From the NCBI RefSeq assembly GCF_006345805.1, contig NW_021836302.1:3743-67742 (forward strand): a stretch of DNA of 64,000 bases, written 5' to 3'. The translations under genes were made by a program, and so were the position numbers. Below, in pieces: positions 13,916 to 28,993 of this stretch (the stretch's first letter is position 1; each line of letters begins with the position of its first letter). Origin of the DNA: Octopus sinensis. Lineage: Eukaryota. The notes under the pieces were generated by a model, which was not told the origin of the DNA, ran no database searches, and saw only the letters and a program-made list of their open reading frames with translations.

Positions 13916-14772
13916 GAACACAGAAAAAACAGGGAGAGAAAATAAAGAATGTGTAGTGGCTAGCGATCTATCATGGCGAATACACTGGTCGTCGTCGACT
14001 TAGGATCAATATTGGTTCCGACTGATTGGTCATAAGTCGATTTGGTCGTAAGTCGGCCTGTAGGTCTACATAGCTTTGTTGTTTATATTTTTACATTCTT
14101 AAGGTATATTCTCAGGTAAAAGCCACACAGACGGCATTCTGTATTGTACTATTATAATGGCGTTGGAGTCTCAAGGTGTTGTCTTATAAAAAATTACGTG
14201 GTTGCCTCGATGTTTCCGTGATAGGATAGTTATCCAACACAGCGGCGATCGATAACCAAACCCAGGGGAAGCATTTGTTAGCTGACATCACCCGTAGACG
14301 GGTTAATTTCTTAGAAATCGAACCCATTATATTTCAACTGGACTATTTATTATTGCTGCCGGGTGCACACGTACATTTCTATTTGTTGGTTTGTTTATGT
14401 CCACGTAACTTCGCGATTCGGCTTAAGAGACAGACAGAATAAGGGCCAGTCTAAGAAGACAAGTGAAGTTGTTCGACTAATCACTCAAGATAGTGCGCAG
14501 TTTGGCCGCAGTCCAATGATTAAAACAAGAAAATAAAATATAAGAGATAACGTTTAAACATGCATGGGAGCGTTGGTTTCTTGATATACAAAATAAAAGA
14601 CTAGACACACCTGGAATGCCTTTGGTCGAGGTTCTGCTTAAGAAGTTTAAATCTGGAAATGTGTGACAGGCATTCATGATTCTTTTCCGTTTTTCTTTTA
14701 TAGTTTTCTTCGATATGAAAATAAATAAACAGAAGCTTCGAACTTTTGTGAGATTCATAAGTCTGGGGTGCC

Positions 14773-14816
14773 TCTGGCTGATGAGACAAGAATGTACAAA
14801 CACTGCCTGTCCAAGA
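14773..14816 (+). ncRNA. Degenerate hammerhead ribozyme
   Basis: tctgg CTGATGA gacaagaatgtac AAA cactgcctg TC caaga; G12 lost; flanks resemble the 7299 copy. Confidence 0.5.
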
Positions 14817-14978
14817 ATGCCCTGCGCTATTGAATCGAGTCTGTTATGAACTGTGGTAAAAGAGAAGCTGTTCTGTGACGAAACACAACAGCAATTAGCA
14901 TATTCGTGTTCGAATTTGGCTGAACATATTCAAAATGAATAAGAAAGTTCTCGTTTTGATTCTCGGACTTCGTCGTGC

Positions 14979-16447
14979 ATATAACAATTTATTAGGAGTT
15001 ACTTGGTCTCTGCATGCATCAGCAAGCAGTTTATTTGCTGAAGTTAAAAAATGTATTTCGCACTTTTGTCTGATTCATTATTCCGACGTCGAAACATTGG
15101 TAGCCTGAGAATCCTTTGCACTAACGGATCAAATGTATTACGAACACGCATTTATCGCAAAGAAGTCCTTCTCCTGTTAGGTAATCATGTTTAAATCTAC
15201 AGGAACATATTAAACACGAATATGCATATCATCGCATATGTGATTAATCGCATCAGGAATATTTTTTTTCAAATATCTTAAGAATGAAAACAGAAGAAAA
15301 GTAGAACGGACTCTTGCCATGATTTGTGGTGTTAACTTCAGAGTGAGAAAAATGGGCGGTCTGCTTGTATTTAAACACCATGATTCACATTTTTAGAAGA
15401 AACTGATATAACTTGCAGTTAATAATTTTTATCAAATGTCGATTTTACAATCAATTCACAAGATATATTTTTGACAGATGACAACTATGTTCCACTAAAA
15501 AATACAACGGCAGTTCATATATATATATAATATATATATACATACATATATATTTATACATATATACATACATATATATATGTATATATGTATAAATATA
15601 TATATATATATTTATACCTATATACATACATACATATATATATATATTTATACATATATACATACATAATATATATTTATACCTATATACATACATACAT
15701 ATATATTTATACATATACATACATATATATATATATAATATATATATATAATATATAAATATACATATACACACACACACATAATATAATATATACATAT
15801 ATATTTATACATATATATATATTTATAAATATATATACCCACACTCATATATATTTATATACATTTAATGTACTTGTGGTGATGTATGTATAAATGAAAT
15901 ATACATTAGGTATACATGTGTACACATATAAATTCATATATGCATACACACGCATTCACCTCGAATAAATTTGACTCGTATCTTATGAAAAGAAACAAAA
16001 ATGCATTCAAAAGTCTCAATGAAGTATTAGGTGACAATGCGGAGATACAGCTGGATAAGAAAATCGTTCATAGATTTACTGATATCTTTCGAGGTGTTGC
16101 TTTCTTCTTCTTCTCTGATGTCTAGTTTTCCTCATTCTTTTTTTTCACTTTGAAAATACATATTATAAGTCTATTATTATTATTATGTTTATTTTGACAT
16201 AAATATCAATATATAGAAACTATCTTAGAATATTGTGTACGTAATTAGATATATATATTATATATATATATAGTATATATATATCTATAATATATATATA
16301 TATATATATTATATATATAACACATATATCTATATATATATATATATAACATATACATATATATGTATGTATGTATGTGTATGTGTGTGTGTATGTATAT
16401 ATGTACATATATATGTATATATACGTATATAATATATATATACATAC

Positions 16448-16506
<59 letters not shown>

Positions 16507-16538
16507 TATATACATATATACATACATACATACATACA

Positions 16539-16570
<32 letters not shown>

Positions 16571-16877
16571 CATACATACATACATACATACATACATACA
16601 TACATGCGATTAATCACATATGCGATGATATGCATATTCGTGTTTAATATGTTCCTGTAGATTTAAGCATGATTACCTAACAGGAGAAAGACTTCTTTGC
16701 GATAAATGCGTGTTCGTAATACATTTGATCCGGTAGTGCAAAGGATTCTCAGGCTACCAATGTTTCGACGTCGGAATAATGAATCAGACAAAAGTGCGAA
16801 ATACATTTTTAACTTCAGCAAATAAACTGCTTGCTGATGCATGCAGAGACCAAGTAACTCCTAATAAATTGTTATAT
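14979..16877. repeat. Near-perfect ~275-bp inverted duplication (14979-15253 / 16604-16877)
   Basis: Arms are reverse complements with few mismatches; right copy lies between (TACA)n and (TA)n. Confidence 0.95.
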
Positions 16878-16885
16878 ATACATAT

Positions 16886-16925
<40 letters not shown>

Positions 16926-17029
16926 ATATATATATATATATATATAATAATACATAAATACACATACATACATACATATATATATGTGTGTGTGTATATA
17001 TATATATATACACACACACACATGCCCAT

Positions 17030-17405
17030 ATCGTCGTGGCACTCCGTCGGTTACGACGACGAGGGTTCCAGTTGATCCGATCAAAGGAACAGCCTGCTCA
17101 TGAAATTAGCGTGCAAGTGGCTGAGCTCCCCCAAAAATAACATGTACCCTTAACGTAGTTCACGGGGAGATTCAGCGTGACACAGAGTGTGACAAGGCTG
17201 GCCCTTTGAAATGCAGGTACAACAGAAACAGAGAAATTCGTGGTGAAAGAATACAGCAGGGTTCGCCACCACCACCTGCCGGTGCTCGTGGAGCTTTAGG
17301 TGTTTTCGCTCAATAAACACTCACAACACCCGGTCTGAGAATCGAAACCGCGATCGTATGAACGTGTGCCCGCTGCCCTAACCATTAGGCCATTGCGCCT
17401 CCACT
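17030..17405 (-). mobile_element. tRNA-derived SINE, family B
   Basis: Head ggaggcgcaatggcctaatggttagggcagcg..cggtttcgattc; matches 20262-20655. Confidence 0.9.
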
Positions 17406-18076
17406 ATACACACATAGTGATTTGCGAATCATACTTAATACTTCTATTTTCTTTTATCTAATATTGTCTGTGTTGTATATAATGGAGGTATGGACATATG
17501 TACAAAGAGAATGAGAGAGAAAGAGAAAGATAGAGAGAAGGGGGAAGAGAGAGTGGAGAAGAGGGAGAAAGAGTTGAGTGAGAGAAGGTTTTAATCTATC
17601 AAGCTTTGGAATTTCATTTCTATCTACATTTTAGTTTCATAACATTCTATTGCTTCATAGCTTCTTATACATGCATTCTCAACGAATATAAATTCTCAAT
17701 ATGGCACCTATTACATAGTTACCAAGATGTGGTATAAATGTTTTATAGTATTAAAATGGAATATATTTTCACTGGCATTAAAGTATATACTCATCATTTC
17801 TCTTTTTGTATATTTCCACAATTCTTTCGTCTAAATACAGTCTATGTCATGTCTACTTATGCTTTATGGATTTTACTTGATACCAGAAATATATTCTTTT
17901 TGTATAGAGTGCTTAAAACCTAATAAAACACAATATAATATTTAGCTAATAAGGACATTGCAGTTTCTAGAACCTTCAGATACTTTAAGTTAAAATGTCC
18001 ACTACTGTATCATTCTAAATATATATATACACTGTTGAAAGGTGTTTCAAATGCGTTCACTGACGTACACACGGAC

Positions 18077-18129
<53 letters not shown>

Positions 18130-18138
18130 TACATACAT

Positions 18139-19725
18139 ACACTACTGCGCCACAATTATAGGCAAATCAACCTTCTCTCAATAAATAAATGTATATTCGT
18201 TCAAAACCAGTTGTTTTCCCACTGACTGTTGACCTACCTGTGTGCACATTCTGTCATAATAAATCGGATTTGCGCAGACGAAAACAAACGGCGGCCATTA
18301 TCCTGTTGAAGCATTTCTGGTGTCCCAAATTATTTGGCAGGTGCCCAGTTTAAGTGTTATTATGGGTCAGAAACGGGATCTTACCTCGAATGAGATAGAA
18401 ATATAAAAAATACTGGGAAGAGATCACTAAAAGGTGAAGATATTTGTGCAGTCTCATAATTCTGTTCGGTCGAGGGAAGATAAGGCTAAGTCCAGGGTTG
18501 CTTCGACTAGTACGTGCGAAAAGGGAAACTGCAGAACCCATGTCTGACAAGTACAAAAGTCTTCAAACGTAGTGGCAAGGAAAACGCATCGAAAACTTTT
18601 CTACTCTAGGCACAAGGCCCGAAATTTTGGGAGAGGCGGGAGGGGGGGGAGTCGATTAGATCGACCCCAATACGCAACTGGTACTTAATTTATTGACTCC
18701 GAAGGGATGAAAGGCGAAGTGGACCTCGACGGAATTTGAACTCAGATGGTAAAGACAGGAAGTACCGCTAAGCATTTCTCCCAGCTCGCCGCCTCTGACG
18801 TATCAAAAAGTACTAGGTAGTCAGGAATGTTAAACCTGTTACAAGGCCACCACCCCTCTGAAGGCTGTTCATAAGCGGAAGAGCCTGAAATGTGCAGAAG
18901 AATACATGAAGACAGATTTTTCAACAGTTCTGTTCAATGACGAATGCCGTGTGACTCTTGACGGACGAGATGGCTGGAGTAAAGGTTGGGTATCAATCAA
19001 TGGGAACCGTCCACATCGTTTAAGACGCAAACAGTGGGGAGTTTAGGTCATGTTTTGGGCTGGCATCGTTAGTGATATGATGGTCGAGCAATGGAAAGTC
19101 CCAGGTCGCATTAAGATGACATTGAAAGCATATATTACCTTCTTGAAGGGAAATGTCCAACCGTGATACAAAAAACAAAAACTTTCATTCAAGAGAAAGC
19201 TGGTCTTCATGCAAGATAATGCCTCGTCGTATGCAGTGAAGAATTCTAAGGAATACCAACAGCAAATAGGCTTCTATGGAGGTCGTTTGATGGAGTGGCC
19301 ACCTTGTTCCCCTGACATAAACCCGATCGAGAACCTGTGGAGTGTCCTGAAGAGGCACGTTTACCAAGATGGAAGGCAGTTTTCAAGTAAAGTTGTCCTC
19401 TGGATGCTATTGTAGATGCTTCTCAAAGCATGACACAAGAGGATATCATCACCTTAACAAATTCAATGGATCACAGTCTAAGGAACGTTATTGCATGTGG
19501 AGGGTCATACATCAAACATTAGGAGCTGTATGACATCATAATCCCATGATTATTTTCATTCGAACGTATTATATTTACCATTAAGTATTATTATGTTTAC
19601 GTATTATCATTTTTACCATTACCTTTATGAATAATTTTTTGTTCAGCCTTTACTTTTGAATTAAATACATATTTGTTCTGACACAATTATCATTTTTATT
19701 ATAGTTGCCTAATAATTTGTGATGG
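18139..19725 (+). mobile_element. Decayed Tc1-like DNA transposon with a family A SINE nested at ~18595-18790
   Basis: VLFNDECRVTLDG..VMFWAGI..FMQDNA..WPPCSPDINPIENLW; TIR remnants cacaattataggcaa / ttgcctaataatttgtg. Confidence 0.88.
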
Positions 19726-19838
19726 TGAAAATGTTGCCCATTCACAAACATGGCCGCCATTTGTTGGCCTTTACGCAGATCCGATGAGAGAAGTTTGATT
19801 TGCTTAATAATGTGAGACGCAGTGTACATACACACACA

Positions 19839-19869
<31 letters not shown>

Positions 19870-19984
19870 TACCTGTGAGCTGCAGGCACGAGAATGAGTC
19901 GAAACAATTATGGAGGTTTTGAATAAGAAATCTCGTGAATTCCATTTTATGTCTCTAATCTATCTATCTATCTATCTATCTATA

Positions 19985-20043
<59 letters not shown>

Positions 20044-20164
20044 ATCTATCTATCTATATCTCTCTTTGCCTGTCTGTCTATCTGCCTGTCTGCCTACCTG
20101 CCTGCCTGTCTGCCTACCTGCCTACCTGCCTTCCTGTCTGTCTGTCTGTCTGTCTATCTCTCTA

Positions 20165-20219
<55 letters not shown>

Positions 20220-20261
20220 ATCTATCTATCTCTCCATCTATCTATCGGTTATTTATATATG

Positions 20262-20655
20262 GAAGTGGAATGGAAGCACTCCGTCGGTTACGACGACGAT
20301 GGTTCCGGTTGATCTGAATCAACGGAACAGCCTGCTCGTGAAATTAACGTGTAAGTGGCTGAGCACTCCACAGACACGTGTACCCTTAACGTAGTTCTCG
20401 GGGATATTCAGCGTGACACAGAGAGTGACAAGGCCGGCCCTTTGAAATACAGGTACAACAGAAACAGGAAGTAAGAGTGAGAGAAAGTTGTGGTGAAAGA
20501 GTACAGCAGGGATCACCACCATCCCCTGCCGGAGCCTCGTGGAGCTTTAGGTGTTTTCGCTCAATAAACACTCACAACGCCCGGTCTGGGAATCGAAACC
20601 GCGATCCTATGACCGCGAGTCCACTGCCCTAACCACTGGGCCATTGCGCCTCCAC
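20262..20655 (-). mobile_element. tRNA-derived SINE, family B
   Basis: Full-length match to 17030-17405. Confidence 0.9.
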
Positions 20656-21281
20656 TATATATATATATATATACACACACATGTATATACATATATGTAT
20701 GTATGTATGCATGTATATAAGTATTTATGTAATCGGCTTCTGAGGATCTTTTCTCTGAAACCCTTGGAGTAGACGATACAGTATAGTAGATTTCCATAGC
20801 CAAATTATTATCACAGGGTCTCAGCAAATCCGGGATTTAGTTTAGATTGCTTGTGTTCATCCAGAAAGCAGCAAAACTGACTGAAAGCGGATTTCGACTG
20901 AAGGTAAAAGAAATGCTAGTTTAATTCTTTATACAAATGGCCATCTTATATCTATAATCACAGATGACTGAACACAGAATACCTCCATATATAACTGACG
21001 GAAGAGTGTCAATTCCCAACGCCATATCCACATATCGAATTGGATAAATAATCATTCTTGTAACAATACTGCATCTCTTGGGATGCAGCATTGGGTTAAA
21101 AGAGCAGAAAATTAAAGTCACAATACGGAGCAGATGAACAGCAGCGAGAAAAAGATTCTATGGAATCTAATAACATTATGTATTAGACTTTATTATTTTC
21201 AGCATGGCATCACAAATATAGAAACACGCATATACATAAATACATATATTGATACATACATACAGCATACATACATATGTA

Positions 21282-21344
<63 letters not shown>

Positions 21345-21436
21345 CATACAGATATGTATGTATACATATATATATATGTATGTAAATATAGATATAGATG
21401 ATAAGTATTTGTGTGTGGCTATATGTGTGTGCGTGT

Positions 21437-21502
<66 letters not shown>

Positions 21503-22208
21503 ATATATATATAGTATATATTTATATAGAAACATAAATAGCTAAATAAATCTATACAAATATAAACAGATATAGATCGACTAGGTTATGAGGGAGCCAG
21601 GTAACACAAAAGTAAAGCAAACAGATAAATGAGATAGTTAGATAGATAAAAAGCTAGAAAGATAGAAAGATAGAAAGATAGATATAGAGATAGAGAGATA
21701 GGTGGATTCTTGGGTAGATAAATAAATTGGCAGAAAGATATATAAAGGTAAGAATGAAAAGAAACCGCAAAATTGCTGTAGCGAGAAAAATAGGAAGAAA
21801 GTTGCATTATCAAAGGCGTAGATGGATAGCTATATACGTTCGTAGATTGCTATTTAAATGCAACAAAGAATAAAATATGTGGTTTATATTGTGTTTGCTC
21901 TTTTATTCAGATAGAACTAAGTTTTGTTTTATTTCTCTTACAAAAATGTCTTTTAAATGTTCAAATGCGATGATTCCCGAGAAGTGATTTCAATCGCAGC
22001 AACACGAACCTATTCACATATGATTGTCTATGTGAGAGGTTTACATACATATGTATGTATGTAAACATACATACATGCATACTTACATACATATGGAGCT
22101 TTGAATCTTTGTTGGAAACCGGATCCCTCCTCAGTGGAAGATTTAAAATATTTAAAAGATAGAAGAGACTTACATACATTCCTGTATATATGTTTATGTA
22201 TGTATGTG

Positions 22209-22505
22209 TGGAGGCGCAATGTCCCAGTAGTTAGGGCAGCGGACTCGCGGTCGTAGGACCGCGGTTTCGATTCCCAGACCGGGCGTTGTGAGTGTTTATT
22301 GAGCGAAAACACCTAAAGCTCCAGTGGGTGGTGGCGATCCCTGCTGTACTCTTTCGCCACAACTTTCTCTCACTCTTTCTTCTGTTGGCCTGCTCGCTTA
22401 GCCAGCGTGGTGGCGTCGTTTGAAGGCTAAATCAATGAGCAGCGCATTGTGACCAGCGATGTGTAGCAACATATGATAGCCTGGTCGGTCACGTGATCAC
22501 GTGAT
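22209..22505 (+). mobile_element. tRNA-derived SINE, family B head with an alternative 3' body
   Basis: Same head; different tail ending cacgtgatcacgtgat. Confidence 0.85.
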
Positions 22506-22579
22506 GTACGTATATATATATTTATATATATGTCATTTGTGTGTATTTTATGTATTTATCTTTGTATGTATGTTATCTG

Positions 22580-22920
22580 TTATTCCAGACTTGAATTCTG
22601 ATAAAAAGGTGCTGGTTTTTGGCAATGCAATACAGCTGGAGTGCTGGAACTTGGATATCGCCAACAGTGAAGAAGAACAAATAATATTTGGTAAAAGTTT
22701 GGCATAATTTTAGTGTTCCACTGCTATATTGTGTTTGGCAAGTGAGTGCAAGCTTGTTACTTTCTTTGACGAAAAACTCTAGCTCCCAGAGGCTACCATA
22801 TAGACATTTAGTAACCTACCATAAACAAGTGCACAGATGGTTATTAGGATAAATGTGAATGTATACCCTTGGGCGGAGAAACAGTACGTTCAGAAGCAAA
22901 TGATTGAAAAGACTTAACTA
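22580..22920 (+). mobile_element. Highly decayed RTE-like LINE 3' remnant
   Basis: LECWNL..EEQI and RLPY-like traces; many stops. Confidence 0.35.
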
Positions 22921-23448
22921 ACTTTGAAAGGGACGTGCGTATCTGTTGGTCAGATGATTTTCTGATCTGAATATTACTTCTTTGCTCTAAAAAACTAAAT
23001 CAGATATTTGTATTTAGCGGAGATTTTGATGCGAGTCTTTCAGCAATATTCCTTGAATTAAAATATAAGTTTGAGCTCAGCAAGAGCAATATTTTCCATA
23101 ATTACGCTAGGGATGTCCTTTCTACGAATGATAGCGTGCAATGTTTTAGCATTATCTTCCTGACCTATTGGAGGCTAGTTGCTTATCATACATACATATA
23201 TGTGCATACGTACATGTATGTATGTATGTATGTATGTATGTATGTATGTATGTATGTATGTATGTATATGTGTGTATGTATGTATGTATGTATGTATGTA
23301 TGTATGCATGCATCTGTGCTTATGCATGTATGTGCGTGTATGTGTGTTTATGTGTGTAATTATGTGTATGTATGCGTGAATGTATGACTGAATGCATGTA
23401 TGTATATATGAATACATAAATACATATATATATATATATTTATTTATG

Positions 23449-23504
<56 letters not shown>

Positions 23505-23577
23505 CACACACATATATGTATATACCCAGTATGTATATATGTATGAATGTATAAGTGAATGATTGTATGTATGTATT

Positions 23578-23604
<27 letters not shown>

Positions 23605-23608
<4 letters not shown>

Positions 23609-23726
23609 AAAGGGCTTAGTAAAATAAATTACTTTGCCGCATACTGAACTCATTAGAAATAGCCTTTGCATACTGAACACTTGGTGAAATTGATTAATAA
23701 TTAATTAATTTTGCCCTCAATTGTTG
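23605..23726. mobile_element. ~120-bp mini element of the 42863 family between (TA)n tracts
   Basis: Left part equals the arm at 42961 onward; right part is the reverse complement of the tail 42863-42918. Confidence 0.85.
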
Positions 23727-23798
<72 letters not shown>

Positions 23799-24845
23799 CT
23801 TACATACATATATACATTTGTATATACATATGTGGGTGTGTAAATATAATATATAGATGTATATATTAGAGAAAAGGGTAAAAAAAGCATAAGGTTGCTT
23901 TAATATCCTTCTGCGAAACCTGTTGTCATTCTCTAAATATTACACTTCAAAGCGCACCACTTGCATTTATAATTTCCGATAAAATATCAACTAAGGTCTC
24001 GTAGGAAATATTTTAGTTCACGTAGACAATGGCGTCAACTGTGTGTCTGTTATTTTTTCTCACAGATAGATAGACAAGGTTGTAGAAAGAGTGTTGGGAA
24101 AGCACGCAAATACCAAAAAACTCCCCCCAAAAAAACAAAGCAATAGACGAAACATCGTATATTATATTTATCCTTTCATTCACGTAGTACTAATGTTTTT
24201 TAATTCCTTTATCGGGGCAAAAGAAATTTCATGCCAGTGTTCAAATGTTGTGATTATATGAAATTGATCTCAGTCGCAGTAGCGCGAACTTTCCGGATAT
24301 AATTGAAGAGCCGTTGTCCACCAAACAACACAAATCAAATGTTGAAGTTTTTTTTTCGCAATATTGATACAGACAAACAGGTAGCTTTGGACATATATAT
24401 ATATATATATGTTTATATATGTGTGTATGCTTGTGCCTGTGTGTTTGTGTGTATACATATATGTATATGTGTGTATGTGTGCCTGTGTGTGGGTGTATAT
24501 ATATATATACACACGTGTGTGTCTGTGTGTCTGTGTGTGCGCGTGTGTATGTGTATTTACGTGCGTGTGTGTATGTACATACGCATATTTATGTCTGCAT
24601 GTAAGCGTATAATTGTGTGTATGAATATAGGTTTTGACTCATATATGTTTTCATATACATATGTACACATACACACACACGCGCACACACACACACACAC
24701 ATACCTTTGCATACAGTTGTTTATATGCGAATATAAATTTTGTTTTATATATGTCTACACTAACATATGCTCGGATACCTTCCCAAACGCTCTCTCTATT
24801 TTGGTGAGCTGTCTAACACGCGAACAGGACACTATACTGCACACA

Positions 24846-24908
<63 letters not shown>

Positions 24909-24957
24909 GCGATTTTTTTCCTCCGTCTTCCCTTCCTTAGATTTTTCCTTTTCTATG

Positions 24958-24990
24958 TTTCTGACGAAGAGCTCCGCTCGAAACGTTAAA
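24958..24990 (+). ncRNA. Minimal hammerhead ribozyme
   Basis: ttt CTGACGA a GAGC tcc GCTC GAAACGTT aaa; ~55 bp after (TA)n. Confidence 0.8.
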
Positions 24991-25024
24991 TCCTCTTTCT
25001 TTCTTTCCTTTCCTGAGCGCGGGG

Positions 25025-25240
25025 TGCCGGTATTTCTCCTTTCACTACCCACTGTCTTCGGAGCTTGACATTTTTATAGAGAACCCATCTCTCGTCACCT
25101 GTCGCTATCCGAAAAAAAAAGGGTTCATTGTGAGCCCTGACAGCAAAGAAGAATACACTTTCACCCTCGGCGCGCGATTAGACTCGGATAGTTTTTGAGG
25201 AACCCACTTACCCATTTTGCTGACTTTTCCGATGGCACGC
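25025..25240 (-). mobile_element. Mariner transposase fragment
   Basis: AIGKVSKMGKWVPQKLSESNR (WVPHEL-like motif). Confidence 0.75.
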
Positions 25241-25887
25241 AGACAAGCATATACACAAATGGAAACTGAAACACATGACCATATATACACACACAATTTA
25301 CTTCACACAAGGACACATATGGAGACACGTATCCACACATATAGAGATGCACCTCCATGCATACAAACACGGTACATAGTTGCAAAACACACACACATGC
25401 CCAGACATGCAGACACAAGGAGACAGAGGTGCATACATATACAAACACGCACATACATACATAAAAATACACAAACACGGACATGAAAGCATATGGATAT
25501 GCAGAATACATACATACAGATGCATACGCATACATACATATGCATACACACACACATATATACATACACACATGTATACATACATGCATACACACTTACA
25601 TACATACATGCATGCATAGGCACACATACACACACACTGACTATGCACATGCGCACAAACAAACAAAAAGGAACGCAGTGTAAATAACGGACAGTCAAGA
25701 CTATTGCAAAGGTTGCAAGACGCAACGAAAATTTTAGGAAAATAAAAATAAGAAATAAGTGGAAATTTTACCGGTGAGTGTGTTAAATTATAAGGCACAA
25801 AAAGAAAATGACTTTCTCTAGACACAACAGAATATGCTTCAACACACGAACTCACATAAAGAATCTTGCAAACCAAATACAAAAACG

Positions 25888-25924
<37 letters not shown>

Positions 25925-26498
25925 TACACATACATACATACACACATACATACATGCATACATACATATATAGATACATATATACATACATATATACATA
26001 CCAGGCACATGCTGTCAGTAATAACTCAGGGTATGCAGTTGGTGACGTTTATGTAACACGGAAAAAAAAGCAATTAATAAGCGAATCACAGGCGTGCGAC
26101 TGAGATTTAGTACATAAAGAAATCGTTGTTGTAGGAATGTGCGCAGCACATATACTACAGCAGTACTATGCATAGCTTTAATACTGAGATTGAAAGGCAG
26201 GGGCGAATTATGCCTACCTGATCAACAAAAAATAAGATATTTTGCATTTTATGAATATTAATCATAGCAACGTTCATCATTTAATTGAATTAGGTGCATA
26301 TTTTGCCATAAAAGGAAAATGTAACTATCGATCTATTTTATTCAGAGTAGGCACTGCCTATCTTGCATACCCAGGCGGCACGTCCCTAATACATACATGC
26401 ATACATACATACATACAGACATAGAAACATACATACGTACGTACGTAATACATACATATATATATATACATACATACATACAAACAGACACACATATG

Positions 26499-26529
<31 letters not shown>

Positions 26530-26664
26530 TAGAAGGTTTGGAGATGATGTACAGGCATTATATATTCGAAGAAATGAGGTACTCAGAAATCGGGATGGTT
26601 TTATATTTACAGATATTTATTAGCATGTTACATGTTTTTATACATCATATATCATATGTCATAT

Positions 26665-26705
26665 ATAATAGCGCTTTCGTCCATTCTAATGGAGTCTTCA
26701 AATTG
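26665..26705 (-). ncRNA. Degenerate hammerhead in a (TA)n-flanked element (26531-26710)
   Basis: TTGAAGA c tccatt ag aatgga c GAAA GCGC TA; palindromic AGCGCT stem III. Confidence 0.6.
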
Positions 26706-26710
26706 ATCTG

Positions 26711-26786
<76 letters not shown>

Positions 26787-28471
26787 TATATATGTATACA
26801 TGTACATACATATATATATATATGTCATGTATGGTTCAAAAGTAATTTTTCTAAGTTCCATTGCATCATTAGAAATATCTAAGTAAATGTTTTTCCAATT
26901 AGAAAGAAAATGTCATGCAAATCATCGCTCTTCTAAATCTTTCACTGTTCAACTTACAATACATCACCCAGTGCAACAAACGCGTCTTTTCACCAGCACG
27001 TCAAGATCGATGATTAATTAATATGAAGTGATGTGGCTGTTTAGCTGAACCACGTCATACAGTGTACTGAAGTTAAAAATTGGTTGCACCTGTTGCCTGA
27101 TTTGTTTTGGGACAAACCTCATCTACCGGCGCTCATAGAAACATATTTTGAAGTTAAACCACTATGCACACATTCCAAAACAGGCAATGTACAAACATAC
27201 ACATTATAAACATCACTAATGCGCATTCATACAATAAATGTACACCTGCAGCATAAAAACGACGTACAAAGACATTCAACTTCTAAACAGACATTGCAAC
27301 GCAATGTCTGTTTTAACAGTTGAAATTGTTTACTTACGCATCCACACGGCCGCACAGAATGCATATGCACACCTCCCACTAGCACGGAATGAATACTTAT
27401 TATGGTAGCATGAAATTGTAACATTATCACTAACTTCTTAGTTATGATTAGCACTAACGAAACCGGTCGACTATGTAAATATTTTATTTCCTAAAGAAAG
27501 TAAGAATATTTTGCTCAACAGAAAATTCTGTGCATTTTGCTTCTTTTTATATTTTTTACTACAATCCACCACGTATAAAGTAATTTTATTATCGAATCTA
27601 TGGCCAGATCTACTGATTTTCGCAAAGTTTTCTTTGCAGAAGTTTCTTTTATTATCAGTTTTCCCCCTTTCTACTTCGCTAGGCTGTAAGCCTAGCTTCT
27701 CTTACCCTCTCTTCTCCTTTCTAATATTGCATATGCTTTTCTACTTAACGGGCAAAATCTCACAGACTCCATTTACTAAACACTTATCAGTAAATAAGAA
27801 TAAAAAGTGTAATGAACGATACCTGGAAATGAGGAGACGTTTAATTAGAAACTAATCTCAATGCGCGATTTACAGGCAGATGAACATGTTAACTTATTTC
27901 CCATTGTAAAACGCAAGGATGTTCTCAGTTTAATACTGACTGAAAGTGAGGTGGCTGCTGACGTCTTATAAAAAAGAGCAATTTTCTGGTCGGTTTGGTT
28001 CTAAAATACCGTAGCAGTGAAATTAAGTACAGCAGTCGGAAAAATGGAAATAAGTTAATGAAATGTGAAACTTAATGGAACTTCCCATTAGTAAATTTAA
28101 TATCGTTGTTAAAGTGCGCAGGGGAAGACGGTGGTGTGACTGAGGCAGTAGTTTTCGGAGTCTATTGTTGTTTCTAGTATACGCCACTCACTTTTTTGAC
28201 GCCTTTCGATCTCCCTGAGCAGAAACCTTTCAAGTGACTTTTACTTCTACATGTGTGACAACTTGGCTTTCTCGCTTAAATCACCATTATCATATCTTTC
28301 TGCTCTTTCGAAAGAACGTCGAGTTCGTATGGTTCAGCGACCTTTGGAATTATACGAATCCACCCAGCCACCCGATATTGGTCACTGTAACAAACAACAA
28401 TAATACTTCGTTATTGTATACATACCTACACACTCAAACACGCGTACACACACACATGTATGCGTGTTGTG

Positions 28472-28581
<110 letters not shown>

Positions 28582-28619
28582 ACATATATATATATATATA
28601 TTATATATATATATATATG

Positions 28620-28677
<58 letters not shown>

Positions 28678-28993
28678 CAAGTATATATATATATATATAT
28701 ATCTATAGATAAATATGAGTATGTAGTATGCATACGTACGTATTTACATCCAAACACACACACACACACACATATATAGGTTATGAGAGGTAGTAGTGTC
28801 AGTAAAACCCAAAGATGCCAGGTAATGCTGAGTAAGTGCTATGGACAGACCATAATTAAGCTCCAGGTTCGGTGATTATGCAAATAAGGAGTCCAATATA
28901 GGTCATATATCAGCGTGTGTATATATAAAAAAAGTTTTTGCAGAATGCGATAAAAAAACAAGGCTGTGAAGATTTTAGAACATTTATAAATAG

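Noticed and set aside
17330-17405. tRNA genes at SINE heads
   Set aside because: A/B boxes run into SINE bodies in multiple copies; not functional tRNAs
20736-20775. CTGAGGA..GAAAC..GTA
   Set aside because: Stems I and II do not pair
22096-22139. CTGAGGA..gattc AAAGCTC on the minus strand
   Set aside because: G12 missing and no stem I partner; possibly a relic but unsupported
22588-22690. Apparent exon (ttccag..gtaaaag)
   Set aside because: Fits a decayed RTE-like LINE better; no supporting exons
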